Below are positions 19,854-32,074 of a stretch of 64,000 nucleotides of DNA, one piece after another. This stretch comes from Candidatus Bathyarchaeota archaeon. Lineage in GTDB: Archaea; Thermoproteota; Bathyarchaeia; TCS64. The stretch is taken from assembly GCA_963771885.1 (NCBI GenBank), contig CAVYVF010000023.1, positions 951,079 through 1,015,078 of the forward strand. Reading direction: 5' to 3'. The position numbers and the translations under genes are program-made. The notes below the pieces were generated by a model. It did not search any database and was not told the origin of the DNA. It saw only the letters and a list, made by a program, of their open reading frames with translations. Numbering within the stretch: the first letter of the stretch is position 1; every line of letters begins with the position of its first letter.

Positions 19854-20273
19854 ATGTCTTCGGAGAAACAGGGGCTCGTCCTCCACCCCTCACCCGCAAA
19901 CAAGGTTTTCCGTGATCGGGTGAAGGAGTTGAGTGGCGAGAAGGTAGAGCTGTGCTTCCAATGCGGGGCGTGCAGCTCAGGTTGCCCCATGACGCAGGAG
20001 ATGGACTACCTACCTAGCAAGATCATCAGAATGGTCCAGCTTGGCCTCGAGGAGGCGCTGGACTCAAAGACCATCTGGGTGTGTACAACTTGTTTCAACT
20101 GCGAGGTCAGGTGCCCTAGGGGCATCGACATCGCCAACGTCATGGAGGCGCTCCGCCAACTCGTGCTCAGGAAGAAGTACGACAGGGTGGCGCTGGATCA
20201 GCTAAGCGACGAGCAGCTGAGGGAGCTGCCCCAGGTCGCGATAATCAGCAGTTTGAGGAAGCTCACGGCGTGA
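19854..20273 (+). CDS. hdrC: HdrC-like 2x[4Fe-4S] subunit
   Basis: CFQCGACSSGCP and CTTCFNCEVRCP. Confidence 0.88.
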   Translation: MSSEKQGLVLHPSPANKVFRDRVKELSGEKVELCFQCGACSSGCPMTQEMDYLPSKIIRMVQLGLEEALDSKTIWVCTTCFNCEVRCPRGIDIANVMEALRQLVLRKKYDRVALDQLSDEQLRELPQVAIISSLRKLTA

Positions 20274-20277
20274 TCCT

Positions 20278-21172
20278 ATGAACATCGCATATTATCCAGG
20301 TTGTACGTTGAAGACGACGGCGAAGGAGTTCGATATAAGCACCAAGGCGTCGGCCAAGGCGCTAGGTATCAACCTCGTCGAGCTCCCACGCTGGAACTGC
20401 TGCGGAACCGTTCACGCCCTCGCGAAGGACGATGTGATGCACCACCTCGCCCCTCTCCGCAACCTGCTCCGGGTTGAAGAAGCGCAACAGAGCGGAATCG
20501 TGGACGAAAAGAAGGTCGTCGCCCTATGCGCAATGTGCTACAACACGCTCAAGCGGAGCAATCAAGCATTCAACTCCGATTCCGACAAGGCGAGCAAGGT
20601 CAAGGAGAATATGAACAACGAGGCGAGCGTCTACAGTGGGCAGGTCGAGGTCGAGCATCTGCTCGAGACGCTCCGTACGCATGGCTGGGACAAGGTCGAG
20701 GCGCGTGTCTCGAAGCCCCTGAAGGGGCTCAAGGTAGCGCCTTACTACGGGTGCCTCCTGCTCCGCCCGCGCGGAATCGGCGTGGACAACGCTGATAACC
20801 CCCGCATCTTTGAGGACCTTTTAAATGCACTTGGGGCGGAGGTCATCGACTTCGGCTACAAGCAGAAGTGCTGCGGCAGCTACCACACCGTCCACATGGT
20901 GGACGTAGTAGCAGATCTGAGCAACAAGATATTGACTCAGGCTCAGGCTGCAGGCGCTGACGTAGTCGCGACGGCTTGCCCCCTTTGCGAGTACAACCTA
21001 GGGAACAGGCAAATTGCAGGTCGCGAAGAAGTATCCCAAGTTCAACGGTATCCCAATCGTTTATTTTACCCAGCTGATGGCGCTTGCCTTCGGGCTCGGT
21101 GAGGATGATACGGCTCTCGGGATGAACAAACCCGACCCGAGGCCAGTGCTCAGGGAGAAGGGGCTGATCTAG
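20278..21172 (+). CDS. hdrB: HdrB-like CCG-domain subunit, frameshift near 21012
   Basis: YYPGC..CCG..CAMC and YYGC..CCG..CPLC; corrected frame gives PIVYFTQLMALAFG and stop at 21172. Confidence 0.88.
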
Positions 21173-21173
21173 A

Positions 21174-21864
21174 ATGACTGAGAACGGCAACAACATGGTC
21201 ACCATCTACGTGATGGGTAAGAAGCAGAGCGTACCCGCCGACCTGACAATAATGAAGGCGATGGAGTACGTCGGACACCAGTTCAGGAGGGGCGCAGGCT
21301 GCAGGGGAGGATACTGCGGCGCCTGCGCCACCGTCTACAGAAAGAAGGGCAGCTACAAGCTACAGGGAGCCCTAGCCTGCCAGAAGATAGTAGAAGATGG
21401 CATGATCATAGCCCAGATACCCTTCAGTCCCCAGGAGAAGAAGACCTACAACGTCAACGAGCTCAAGGCAGAGGCAAACACCTTCCTCGAGCACTACCCC
21501 GAGATAGCCCGATGCCTTGCCTGCAACACTTGTACCAAGGCCTGCCCACAGGACATAATGGTCATGGACTACGTCCAGGCAGCCCTACGCGGCGACGTTG
21601 CCCAGGCAGCGAAGATCAGCTTCGACTGCCTAGGCTGCGGGCTCTGCGCTATGAGGTGCCCAGCCGAGATAGTGCCCTACAACGTGGGTCAGCTCGCGCG
21701 GCGCCTAGAGTCCAAGTACGTCGAGGGGCCGACGGAGCACGTCCTCAAGAGGTGTGATGAGATCAGCATCGGGCAAGTACGACGCCGAAATTGAGGAACT
21801 GAAGAAGATGGACAAGCCGACTCTTCAGAAGAAGTACAATACGAGGGAGATGAAGATCAAATGA
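21174..21864 (+). CDS. Fumarate reductase/SDH-type iron-sulfur subunit ([2Fe-2S] + 2x[4Fe-4S]), frameshift near 21772
   Basis: GCRGGYCGAC...LACQ, CLACNTCTKACP, CLGCGLCAMRCP; ATGA overlap with next gene. Confidence 0.85.
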
Positions 21865-23515
21865 GCGACTACAAGAGCGGCTACCCCGAGTACATGCAGG
21901 AGAGCCTCAGACTCGTCGCCGAGACGCGGGCGGGGAGGTTCGGCAAGGACTTCATCCCTATGACGGCGGAGCAGAGGCAGCAGATACTTGAAAAGTTCCA
22001 CCCCGACTGGAAGCCGGCAGGTGAAGAGAACGCTCGCCATCGGGCCTAGCAAGGGCATGATAATCCCCCACGAGGTCGCCGACATCCTCGAGGCCCACCC
22101 GATGGTGAAGCCAAAGGAGATCGACCTCAGCAAGGTCGACTACGACGTTGACGTGTTGATCATCGGCGCAGGCGGCGCTGGCATGAGCGCCGGTATCCTC
22201 GCAAATGAAAACGGAATCCCCGCCGATAGGATACTCATGGTTCAGAAGCTGCGCCTTGGCGATGCCAACTCGAAGATGGCGCAGGGAGGCATACAGGCAG
22301 CGGATAAGCCGGATGACAGCCCACCCATCCACTACCTCGATATCATCGGCGGTGGACACTATGCGAACAAGCCCGAGCTCGTCGAGGCAATGGTAAGGGA
22401 CGCGCCCGATGTCATCAAGTGGCACGAGAACCTTGGCGTAATGTACGACAAGCTCGCCGACGGCACCATGATGGAGATCGCTGGTGGAGGCACGAGTAGG
22501 CGTAGAATGCACAGCTGCAAGGACTACACTGGTTTGGAGCTTACACGCGTCGTGCTTGATGAGTTCATAAACAAGGGCATTGGATATGTCGAGTTCACAT
22601 GCGCCGTCGACCTGCTAATGGACGATAAGGACCAGGTCGCGGGTGCAGTGCTCTACGACCTCGACTCGAACGAGTACAAGATCGCGAGAGCGAAGTCAAC
22701 TATTCTCGCAACGGGTGGCTTCGGAAGGCTCCACATTCAGGGATTCGCGACTACGAACCACTATGGTGCGACTGGCGATGGAATAGTGATGGCTTACCGC
22801 ACGGGCGCGGTCCTCAGGGACCTCGACTCGACGCAGTACCACCCGACAGGTGCTGCCTACCCCGAGCAGATAGTGGGTCAGCTCGCCACCGAAAAGCTCA
22901 GGGGGCGCGGAGCACAACCCGTCAATAAGAACGGGGAGCTCTTCGTCTACCACCTCGAGCCACGCGACATAGAGTCCTCCAGCTACATCAGGGAGTGCTA
23001 CGAGAGGGAGATGGGCATAACCACCCCGACTGGGATGCGCGCCGTCTGGCTCGACACACCCCAGATCGAGGCCGTCAACGGACCTGGCACGATAGAGCGC
23101 GAGTTCGCCGCAATGTTCCGTACTCTTCAAGAAATTCGGCATCGACATCCGCAAGGAGCCGATGGCAGTCTTCCCGACCCTCCACTACCAGAACGGGGGC
23201 GTCGAGATAAATGCGAAGACCGAGACAAGTGTCCCCGGACTCTTCTGCGCCGGCGAGGTCTGCGGAGGCGTACACGGCAAGAACCGCCTAATGGGAAACA
23301 GCCAGCTTGACATCTACGTTTTCGGCCGCAGGGCGGGCAAGTACGCTGCCGAGAGGGCGAAGACCGCGACAGTCGGTAAACTGACTCTCGCTCACCTCGA
23401 CCGCTACGACAGGTGGCTAGACGAGGCGGGCATCAAGACGGACCGGAAGGCTCCGCTCCTGCTCCCCGAGTATAGGGGACAGAAGACACTCGAGCATAAG
23501 CTGAAGCTGCTGTGA
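21861..23515 (+). CDS. Fumarate reductase-type flavoprotein (TfrA/FrdA-like), frameshifts near 22015 and 23120
   Basis: IIGAGGAG, AQGG, QYHPT, TEKLRG, PRDI, LHYQNGG, HGKNRLMGNS. Confidence 0.85.
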
Positions 23516-23520
23516 TTGAC

Positions 23521-25880
23521 ATGACTGACACGCCTAGGATCGGCGTCTGGCTCTGCGAATGCGGAGGCAACATCGGCGACGTCGTCGAGACAGACACGGT
23601 AGTCGAGACGTTGAAGCCCGAAGTCGCCTTCGTCAAGAAGGAGAGGTACCTCTGCAGCAAGCCTAGCGTCGACGCAATCAAGGAAGCTGTCGAGAAACAG
23701 AAGCTCGACCGGGTAGTACTCGCCTGCTGCACCCCAAAGATGCACAGAGAGACGTTCCTCAGCAACCTCGCGGAGAAGGGGGTCAACCCCGCCTATCTCG
23801 AGATGGTGAACGTCAGGGAGCAATGCAGCTGGGTCCACAAGGAGGACCACGAAGGCGCAACACTGAAGACGATGGACCTGATACGCGGTGCGATTGCACG
23901 CGCCAAAGAGTCAGTCGCCCTTGAGTCGAAGAGGATGAAGGTCATCCCCGAGGCACTCGTCATCGGCGGAGGCGTCGCGGGCATCACGACAAGCCTTCGC
24001 CTCAGCGAGTTCGGGATGAAAGTCCATCTCGTCGAGAAGCGTCCAAGCATCGGGGGGCACATGATTCAGTACCCAAGGTCTTCCCGACCCTCGACTGCAG
24101 CCAGTGCATACTAACCCCGAAGATGGCTTCGGTGAGCCAGAGCAGGAACATCGATCTCCTCACATACGCTGAGGTCGAGGATGTCTCCGGTGTCCCCGGC
24201 GACTTTAAGGCAAAGGTCCGGCTCAATCCGCGCGGCGTTGATGTTTCGAAGTGTATCGGTTGTGGCGCATGTAGCCGGGTCTGCCCGACGAAGGTGCCCG
24301 CAGAGCACGATCAGGGTCTCGGTACACGCAAGGCAGCATACATACCGTTCCCGCAGAGCGTCCCAAGCGTCTACACGATCGACTTCGAGCACTGCATCCG
24401 CTGCGGCGCATGCGCGAAGGTCTGTCCGCGCCAGTGTATCGACCTCGACGACCCCGGCTCCTCGAAGGAGCTGAAGGTCGGTGCGATCGTGATGGCGACA
24501 GGCTTCGAGCTATTCGACCTCTCGGGCTTAGTCCAGTACGGCTACGGGAAGTACCCGAACGTGGTGACGAGCCTCGAGATGGAGAGGATACTCGACGTCA
24601 ACGGGCCGACGGGCAGCCAGCTCATTGTGCCGAAGACTGGGAGACCAGTGAAGACCGTGACCTTCGTCCTCTGCGCGGGTAGCCGAGATACGGAGGTCGG
24701 TAGGGCTCACTGCAGCCGTGTCTGTTGCCTCTACAGCATGAAGCAGGCTCAGCTCCTCAGGGACAGGGGCGTCGAGGTCTGGATCCACTACATCGACATC
24801 AGGTCGCCGGGGAGGCGATACGAGGAGTTCTATAGGACGACGCAGGAGAAAGGCGCCAACTTCGTGAAGGGAAAGGTGACGGAGATCGTCCCCGACGGCG
24901 AGCAGGTGCTCGTGCGCAGCGAGGACATGATGCTCAACAAGATGATCGAGTACCAGAGCGACCTCGTCGTGCTAGCGCCACCAATCGTGACGACGCCTGA
25001 GACGCTAAAGCTCGCGGAGATGCTGCGTGTTCCTGTTGACGAGGATCAGTTCGTCCTCGAGAGGCACCCAAAGCTCGACCCGATGTCGACGAAGCGAGAC
25101 GGAATCTTCGCGGCGGGCACAGTTGTCGGCCCGAAGGACATCCAGTCAACGACGGCAGAGGCTGAAGGCGCCGCAATGAAGGTGGTCAACTTCCTCCACG
25201 TCGACAGGGTCATCGAGCCCAACAAGGCTTGGCTCGCCCACCCCGAGCTGTGCGATGGCTGTGGTAAATGCGTTGAGCCGTGTCCCGAGTCGGCGATCAC
25301 GATGGCCGACGGTAAGCCGGTCGTGAACGAGATTATGTGCACCGGCTGCGGAGCATGCATTCCCTCTTGTCCCAAGAACGCGCTTGACCAGCAAGGGCTT
25401 AGCGAGGCCCAGATCAAGGCCCAGATCAGAGGCGCACTCGAGGGCTCTAAGGCTGAGCTGAAGATACTCGCCTTCGTGGAGAAGGAGGTCGCGTACACGG
25501 CGGTGGACCTCGCGGGGCTCGCACGCCTACCTTACCCGAGCAGCATCAGGATAATCCCGATGCCCTCACTGGCGAGGCTCAAGCTGGAGCATCTCCTCTA
25601 CGCGTTCGCCTACGGTGCGGACGGTGTGATGCTGCTGGAGGCCCCCGCGCATGAGGGTCCATATGGCCACGCCCACGTCCTCGCTGAGGAGAGGGCGGAC
25701 GAGTACAGGTGGGCCCTCGAGGACCACGGCGTCGACAGCAGCAGGATGTGGTTCAGCAGGGTCTACGTACCTGACTGGAGGAAGCTGGAGAGGGTCTTCA
25801 AGACCTTCAATGACATCATCGACGGTGAGGGACCGATCGATGAAGGCGCGAGGAAGAAGCTCCTCGAGGAACTCTCCTAG
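23521..25880 (+). CDS. hdrA: HdrA fused to a cysteine-less MvhD-like domain, frameshift near 24075
   Basis: CECGGNI, CCTP, REQCSWVH, IGGGVAG, KVFPTLDCSQC, ferredoxin inserts, CSRVCCLYSMK; C-terminal DLAG..R..YP...GADGV. Confidence 0.9.
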
Positions 25881-25966
25881 GCCTCAAGTCGGCGCATGAG
25901 GTCGTTTTATTTTTTCATCGGTCTCGTTCTCACTGGCACTCGGGTTTTCGAAGTCCTCGACGAGTG

Positions 25967-26440
25967 TTAATAAGTAGCCTTAATCTTCTCGACAAACGTC
26001 TTCGTAGTCTCCTTAAATGCCCCGGATTTAGCGTCCCCCGTCGTTATCTCTTTTGTAGCGACGGGCGCCTTGCCCACGAGTCCCTCCATCACCTTGAAGG
26101 TCTCGCCCGCCTTGCTGCCCATCGTGCAGAAGAAGGCGACGCGCGGGAATTTGCTCTTCATTGCGGCTAGGTAGCTGCGGACTGGGCTTGAGACGTTCCA
26201 CGCCCAGATAGGGGTACCGACGATGATGATGTCGTATGTCGACGGGTCCGCCTTCGGCGGGTTGATGGGCACGATGGCTCCATCGGATCCCTCCTTGCCT
26301 GACCTTATCCAGCCGAGCGGGCCGCCACGTCCCTTTGGCTCTGTGATCTCCTCGATGTCTGCCCCAAGCTGTGCTTTCAGCTCCTCGGCGACCTTACGGG
26401 TGGCCCCGTCGCGTGAGTAGTAGACGATGAGTATCTTCAT
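25967..26440 (-). CDS. Flavodoxin-like protein
   Basis: VYYSRDGATRKVA, GTPIW, AFFCT. Confidence 0.85.
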   Translation of the reverse strand: MKILIVYYSRDGATRKVAEELKAQLGADIEEITEPKGRGGPLGWIRSGKEGSDGAIVPINPPKADPSTYDIIIVGTPIWAWNVSSPVRSYLAAMKSKFPRVAFFCTMGSKAGETFKVMEGLVGKAPVATKEITTGDAKSGAFKETTKTFVEKIKATY

Positions 26441-26479
26441 GGAGCTGAGTCCCTGGATCGATGATAAAAACGTGCCCGT

Positions 26480-27728
26480 TTACTTGCAGAAGCGCAGAAT
26501 AGTGCGTGCGAGTGTCTTTGTTGCGGTGACTAGTTCACTTATCGGCACGTGCTCGTCTGGTCTGTGGCAGAGCCGGACGTCGCCAGGGCCGAAGAGGACG
26601 CTCGGGGTCTTGCCCACTCTCACGATGTGGCGCATGTCCGAGCCGTAAGTCATTCCCTCGTAGATGGGCTCTGACCTAGTCGTGTCCCGATAGGCGACTG
26701 CTACCGTCTCAACTATCGGGTCGTTAGTTGGCGTTCTGACGGGGGTGAATTGGCCTCCCCGCCACTCTACAGTTGGGGGATGCTCGCGCAGCCACGCATC
26801 CGCAGCGACGGCGTTAGCGACGGCATTCTCAAATGCGATGTGGGCAGAAGTCACGTTCTCATCCACCCCTATTCCGTATCGACCCTCTAGGATGAGCTCC
26901 TCTGGGACCGATGAGGGCCAGTTCCCGCATCTGACGACGCCGAGATTGAGGGGAATTGGGAGCCTGTACCTGGAGTAGAGTGGGTCCTTGACGGCAGCGT
27001 TTCGTGTCTTTTCAAGGTTCATGAGAGCGTTGTAGATTGGCATGAACTTCTCGAGAGCGCTTACACCCTCTTCCCTGACACAGGCGTGGGCGGATTGTCC
27101 CTTGATAGTGATCTTGAAGACGTGGCTGCCCGCCTGGGCGGGGGCGACCTTGAGTTCTGTGGGCTCGACGACGACCGCGCCGTCCGCCTTATAACCCTTC
27201 AGCGCCGTCGCGAGGGCGCCTATGCCCCCGTCCTCCTCCCCGACGACACTTTCGACGAAGACATTTCCCTTGAAGTCGACGCCCGAGTCAATTATCGCCT
27301 TAACCGCGTTTATGGCGCAGCTTAGGCCGCCCTTCATGTCGACGGAGCCGCGTCCGTAGAGCATGCCGTTTTTGACGGTGCCCCTCCAGGGCGGAAAGCT
27401 CCAGTTCGTTTCGTCCCCAGGGGAAACGACGTCAATATGGCCGTTGAGTATTAGGCTCCTCCCCTCCCCTGCACAGAGGCATCCGACGACGCCGAGGCCC
27501 TCCTTCCTATCCACCCCCATGCTGAAGTCGGGGTGCTTCCTCACCTCGGGTATGTCTATCACCCAAACGTCTGTCTCGAGGCCGATACCCTTCATTATTT
27601 TTGCCACATGCCTCTGCGCCTCTGACTCGTCCCCAGTCACGCTGGGGATCTCGAATGAGCTCGCTCGTGGTCTTCACGATGGCGTCCTTGTCGACTTTTT
27701 TCAGAACCTTTCTCTCGATGTCCGTCAT
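26480..27728 (-). CDS. M20 ArgE/DapE-family deacylase, frameshift near 27650
   Basis: LNGHIDVV, GRGSVDMKGG, GEEDGG, EPT, HRPDEH. Confidence 0.88.
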
Positions 27729-27796
27729 ATCAGCCCTCGCTAGCCTGTTTAGGACAGATTGGGCGTGTTTCGGATATAAGGTGACGAGGTCTAAGG

Positions 27797-29897
27797 CTAC
27801 GCACGTGCGGGTTTGACCTGCACGTTGATGGAGTGTGTGCGGGACGCCATGCTGGGGCGCGTCGGCTCGGTTGATGTCAGTACATTCACGGCGCCGACCC
27901 TGTCTACACCCGCCGCGTCGAGCTCTGGCCACACCCCCTCCTGCAGGCAGACAACACCACGCATTATGTCCACAGTTAAATAGACTCGGACAGTCGCCTC
28001 CCCCTCAGGGCTCGTGACGAGCGCAACGTCGCTGTTCGTCAGTTCCCTCAATACCGCGTCTTCGGGGTGAATCCAAAGTCTGTGAGGCTCCCTCTCCCTG
28101 AACCAGGGAATGTTGGAGTTCTGCGAGTGGACTCTGTACCGGGACTTTGGCGAGACGAGCCTCAGCGGGTATCCTTGGATGGTCTGCAGGAACCTCGCCT
28201 CTGGTATGGGCGTTCCCCCCGCTGCCGCGTAGGGCTCTGAGAGCAGTTGAACCTTCCCTGAAGGGGTGTTAAGTGGATTCTTGGCGGGGTCCGCAATGAA
28301 GTCGCTGAAGGCAACTCTCGGATTCGTGGCTCCGAAGTATATTCCTCTCCTCCTGAACTCGTCGAAGTCGCCAATCTCCGACTCCGCCGCGAAGTGGCGG
28401 AGCCACGCCTCCTCATCCCTCCCCTCCGAGAATAGCGTCGAGGAACTCGAGCCTCTCAGCGAGGCCGCAGAATATGTCGTAGTCGTTCCGCGACTCCCCG
28501 ACTGGCTCAGCCACCCTATTCGAAAAGAGCATGTGTCTGCCGCTGCTCGGCGTGACGATGTCGTTACGTTCAAGGAATGTGGTCGCCGGGAGGACGACGT
28601 CGCAGTACCTTGCTGTGGGTGTAAGGAAACGGTCGTGGCACACCGAGAACTCGACGCTCTCGTAGGCGCGTATCACCTTCTTCGTGTCTGAGCTTTGCGC
28701 CACGTAGTCGCCGCCGACGTTGTAGATCGCCTTGACGTCTGTGGGGAATCCGCCCCTCCTCCCCTCCAGCACGACGTCTGCCCAGAGGTAGACGGGTATC
28801 GACGCCTTGGCCGGGTTGGGTGGGACGCCAATCTGAGGCATCTTTGGGAAGGGCAGGGTGCCGAAGGCGAGTGCCCCCGATGAGCCGCCGGGGACCCCGA
28901 GGTTTCCAGTCGCCGTCTGCAGGGCGATCGCCATTCTGATTGCGTCTTCGCCGCCGATGGTCCTCTGTATCGAGAGACCGGGTATGAGCGCCGTCGGGTG
29001 AGTGGCTCCGTATCTCTCGGCGAGCCCAATGATTACACTTGCAGGGACCCCGCAGACTTCCTCCGCCCACCCCGGCGTCTTAGGCACGCCGTCGCTGCGC
29101 CCCATGATGTATGCCTCAAGCTCGCCAAAGCCATGGCTGTACTTCTCGACGAAGTCCCTGTTGACGAGCCCGCGGTTTATGAGAGTGTGCAGGATCGCCG
29201 CCATCATAGCGGAGTCCGTGCCGGGGTAGATGGGTATCCACTCGGTAGCGAGATTCTTCACTGTGAGTGTCCTGCGCGGGTCGATCGCCACAATATCGAC
29301 GCCACGCCTCTTCGCCTCCCTGACGTGCGCCTCCAGCCCGCACTCCATCTTCACGTCGGAGACGTTTGCCCCCCAGAGGATAATCATCTTCGAGTCGCGG
29401 ATGTTCGCAGCATCCATCCCCGCCGCGTATGTTCCGAGGACGTACGGCGTGACGAACAGTGCAGCACCTATACTGTAGCTTGAGTGTCTCTCCGTATAGC
29501 CGCCGAGCATGGCGAGGAACCTCTTTGTCAGGCGGTGTGTGTTGTGAAGCGAGCCCCTGTTTGAACCGGAGCCGCCTAGGTGGATTATCGACTGAGCGCC
29601 GTACTTTCTCTTGGTCTCGGTGAGTCTCTGCGCCACGAGGTCGAGCGCCTCATCCCAGTTCGCCTCCCTGAACTCGCCGCTCCCCCGAGGGCCGACGCGA
29701 ATGAGAGGTTTCTTGAGTCTGTCGGGGGCGTAAAGGACCCTGTGCATCTGGAACCCCTTAACACATCCCGTCATGTAAGGCGCACCGAGTGGGTTGTCAA
29801 TGATCCGGGCTATAACGCCGTCTTCGACGATTGCGAGTAGCGGGCAGCCGCCCCCACAGTCGAGGTTGCACGAGACTGGTAGGTGAACGTGGCTCAA
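27797..29897 (-). CDS. Cytoplasmic molybdopterin oxidoreductase (DMSO reductase family), frameshift near 28435
   Basis: CNLDCGGGC...GCVKG, DRLKKPL, DVVLPATTFLE, TPSGK, RVHSQ, IHPEDA; no TAT signal. Confidence 0.88.
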
Positions 29898-29941
29898 GGG
29901 AATCAGTCTGGATAATGTCCTGCTGTCTATAATGATTGTCT

Positions 29942-30406
29942 TCAAGCGAGGCGCTTCGCCATATGAACCAGCGTGGAACCGCGGAAGGGCTCGCGCTTAG
30001 TCTCTTCGTAACCGAACCATGTGTAGAGGGCGACGTTTTCCTCGAAGAGGGAGTTCGTGTATAGGCGTATGCTCATGAAGCCCCGATTGCGTGCTTCGTC
30101 CTCCGCGAGCCTGAGGAGGAGGAGTCCGAACCCCCGCCCCTGATAGTCGGGGTGGACGGCTACGCTCCAGATGAGTGTCTGCCCATCCTCATGCTTCAGG
30201 ACGAGTACTGCTGCGGGTTTACCCTCGAAGGAGAGGATGTGAATTGGGTGCAAAGTGATCATATCAACGTAATTGACGGTCATGGGCTCGGGCTTGCGCC
30301 CAATGAGGGATATCCACTTTGAATAGGCAGCGTCTGTAATAGCGGACACGATGGCTGAGTCTTCCCGATTGGCCAACCTTATGGTTACGCCGTCTCCTCT
30401 CGACAT
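29942..30406 (-). CDS. GNAT N-acetyltransferase
   Basis: VAVHPDYQGRGFG, LYTN, NVALY..FGY. Confidence 0.88.
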   Translation of the reverse strand: MSRGDGVTIRLANREDSAIVSAITDAAYSKWISLIGRKPEPMTVNYVDMITLHPIHILSFEGKPAAVLVLKHEDGQTLIWSVAVHPDYQGRGFGLLLLRLAEDEARNRGFMSIRLYTNSLFEENVALYTWFGYEETKREPFRGSTLVHMAKRLA

Positions 30407-30601
30407 ACCTCTGAATTCCCCAAGGTGCCCTATAATCGTCGCGCATCGAGTCCCATTTCGAGCTGTTCTGAAAATATCTGCTTCTCACGAATATTGATGG
30501 TAAGTATACCCGGTGTGTAGCCGTTCGGCGCCTAGCGCGTATTTTGCTTACTCATTTCTGTCCTCGTAAGTGTTATCCTTACTTCCCGCACCTTATTTTC
30601 C

Positions 30602-31942
30602 ATGCCCGTCACAAAGGAAGAGCTACTCAAGGAAGCCCAGAAGTGGAGTAAGATCGCGCCACCCTACCACGCCTTCTACCACGGCAAGGTCGAGGTGATG
30701 CCAAAGTGCGCCATACGCACACTTCAGGACTTCAGCATCTGGTACACCCCCGGCGTCGCCCAGGTCTGCAAGGACATTGAGAAGGACAAGGAACTCGCCT
30801 ACGAGGGGACGAGCAAGTGGAACTACGTCGGCGTCGTATCCGATGGGACTCGCGTCCTCGGCCTCGGAGACATCGGCGGCCAGGCCGGCATGCCCGTCAT
30901 GGAGGGCAAGGCCCTCATCTTCAAGTACCTGGGAGGCGTCGACGCCTTCCCCATCTGCCTCGCCACGAAGGACCCCGAGGAGATCATACAGGCGGTCAAG
31001 TGGATCGAGCCCACCTTCGGAGGAATCAACCTCGAAGACTTCTCAAGCCCCAAGTGCTTCTACATACTCGAGAAACTCCGTAAAGAGATGCCCATCCCCG
31101 TCTGGCATGACGACCAGCAGGGAACCGCTGCCGTCATACTCGCGGGCACATATAATGCCCTCAAGGTGGCAGGTAAAAAGCTCAACACGGCAAAGATCGC
31201 CATAGTCGGTGTCGGCGCCGCGAACACACGCACCTACTACGTCCTCAAGTCGGCGGGAGTCAACCCCAAGAACATCCTCATGACAGACTCTACGGGAATC
31301 CTCAGCGCCACTCGCAAGGACTTGGAGGGCAGCTACAAGTGGCAGATCGCTAAGGAGACAAACCCCGACGGCGTCGAGGGTGGCATCAAGGAGGCGCTCG
31401 AGGGCGCCGATATGTGTATCGCCGCCTCAAAGCCGGGGCCGGGCATCATCACGAAGGACGACGTCAGGGGCATGGCGAGCAACTCGATAATCTTCGCATG
31501 CGCCAACCCTATCCCCGAGATATGGCCCTGGGAGGCTAAGGAGGCAGGGGCGAAAGTCGTCGCCACAGGGCGCAGCGACTTCCCTAACCAAGTCAACAAC
31601 AGTCTCGTCTTCCCCGCCATCTTCCGTGGAGCGCTCGACGTGCGCGCTAAGACGATCACAGATGAGATGTGCATTGCATCCGCGAAGGCGCTGGCCAAGT
31701 ACGCCGAGGATAAGGGACTTAACGAGAGCTACATTCTCCCCGGCATGGATGAGTGGGAGATCTACCCACTGCAGGCCACAGAGGTCGCGATGAAGTGCAT
31801 GGAGCAGGGACTAGCGAGGAAGAAGATGACGCGGCAGGAGATACACGACGGTGCAGCCGCCATAATTGAGAGGACGCAGAAGATCGTGAAGCTCCTCATG
31901 GCGCAGGGATTCATTGCCTCGCCGCCCCCGGAGCCTAAATAG
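30602..31942 (+). CDS. mae: NAD(P)-dependent malic enzyme
   Basis: YTPGVA, DGTRVLGLGDIG, PVMEGK, NLEDF, HDDQQGT, ANPIPEI, TGRSDFPNQVNN. Confidence 0.93.
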   Translation: MPVTKEELLKEAQKWSKIAPPYHAFYHGKVEVMPKCAIRTLQDFSIWYTPGVAQVCKDIEKDKELAYEGTSKWNYVGVVSDGTRVLGLGDIGGQAGMPVMEGKALIFKYLGGVDAFPICLATKDPEEIIQAVKWIEPTFGGINLEDFSSPKCFYILEKLRKEMPIPVWHDDQQGTAAVILAGTYNALKVAGKKLNTAKIAIVGVGAANTRTYYVLKSAGVNPKNILMTDSTGILSATRKDLEGSYKWQIAKETNPDGVEGGIKEALEGADMCIAASKPGPGIITKDDVRGMASNSIIFACANPIPEIWPWEAKEAGAKVVATGRSDFPNQVNNSLVFPAIFRGALDVRAKTITDEMCIASAKALAKYAEDKGLNESYILPGMDEWEIYPLQATEVAMKCMEQGLARKKMTRQEIHDGAAAIIERTQKIVKLLMAQGFIASPPPEPK

Positions 31943-32074
31943 GTCTCCTTAATCAAACGCCCCTTTTTCCCAGTAATTATAGTCAATTGTATACATAGTG
32001 ATAAATGGTAAATACCGCGGGGTAGAGGGTAGTAGGATTGGCTCCCCCCGGTATGTTCTCTGGAGGCGTCTAAA

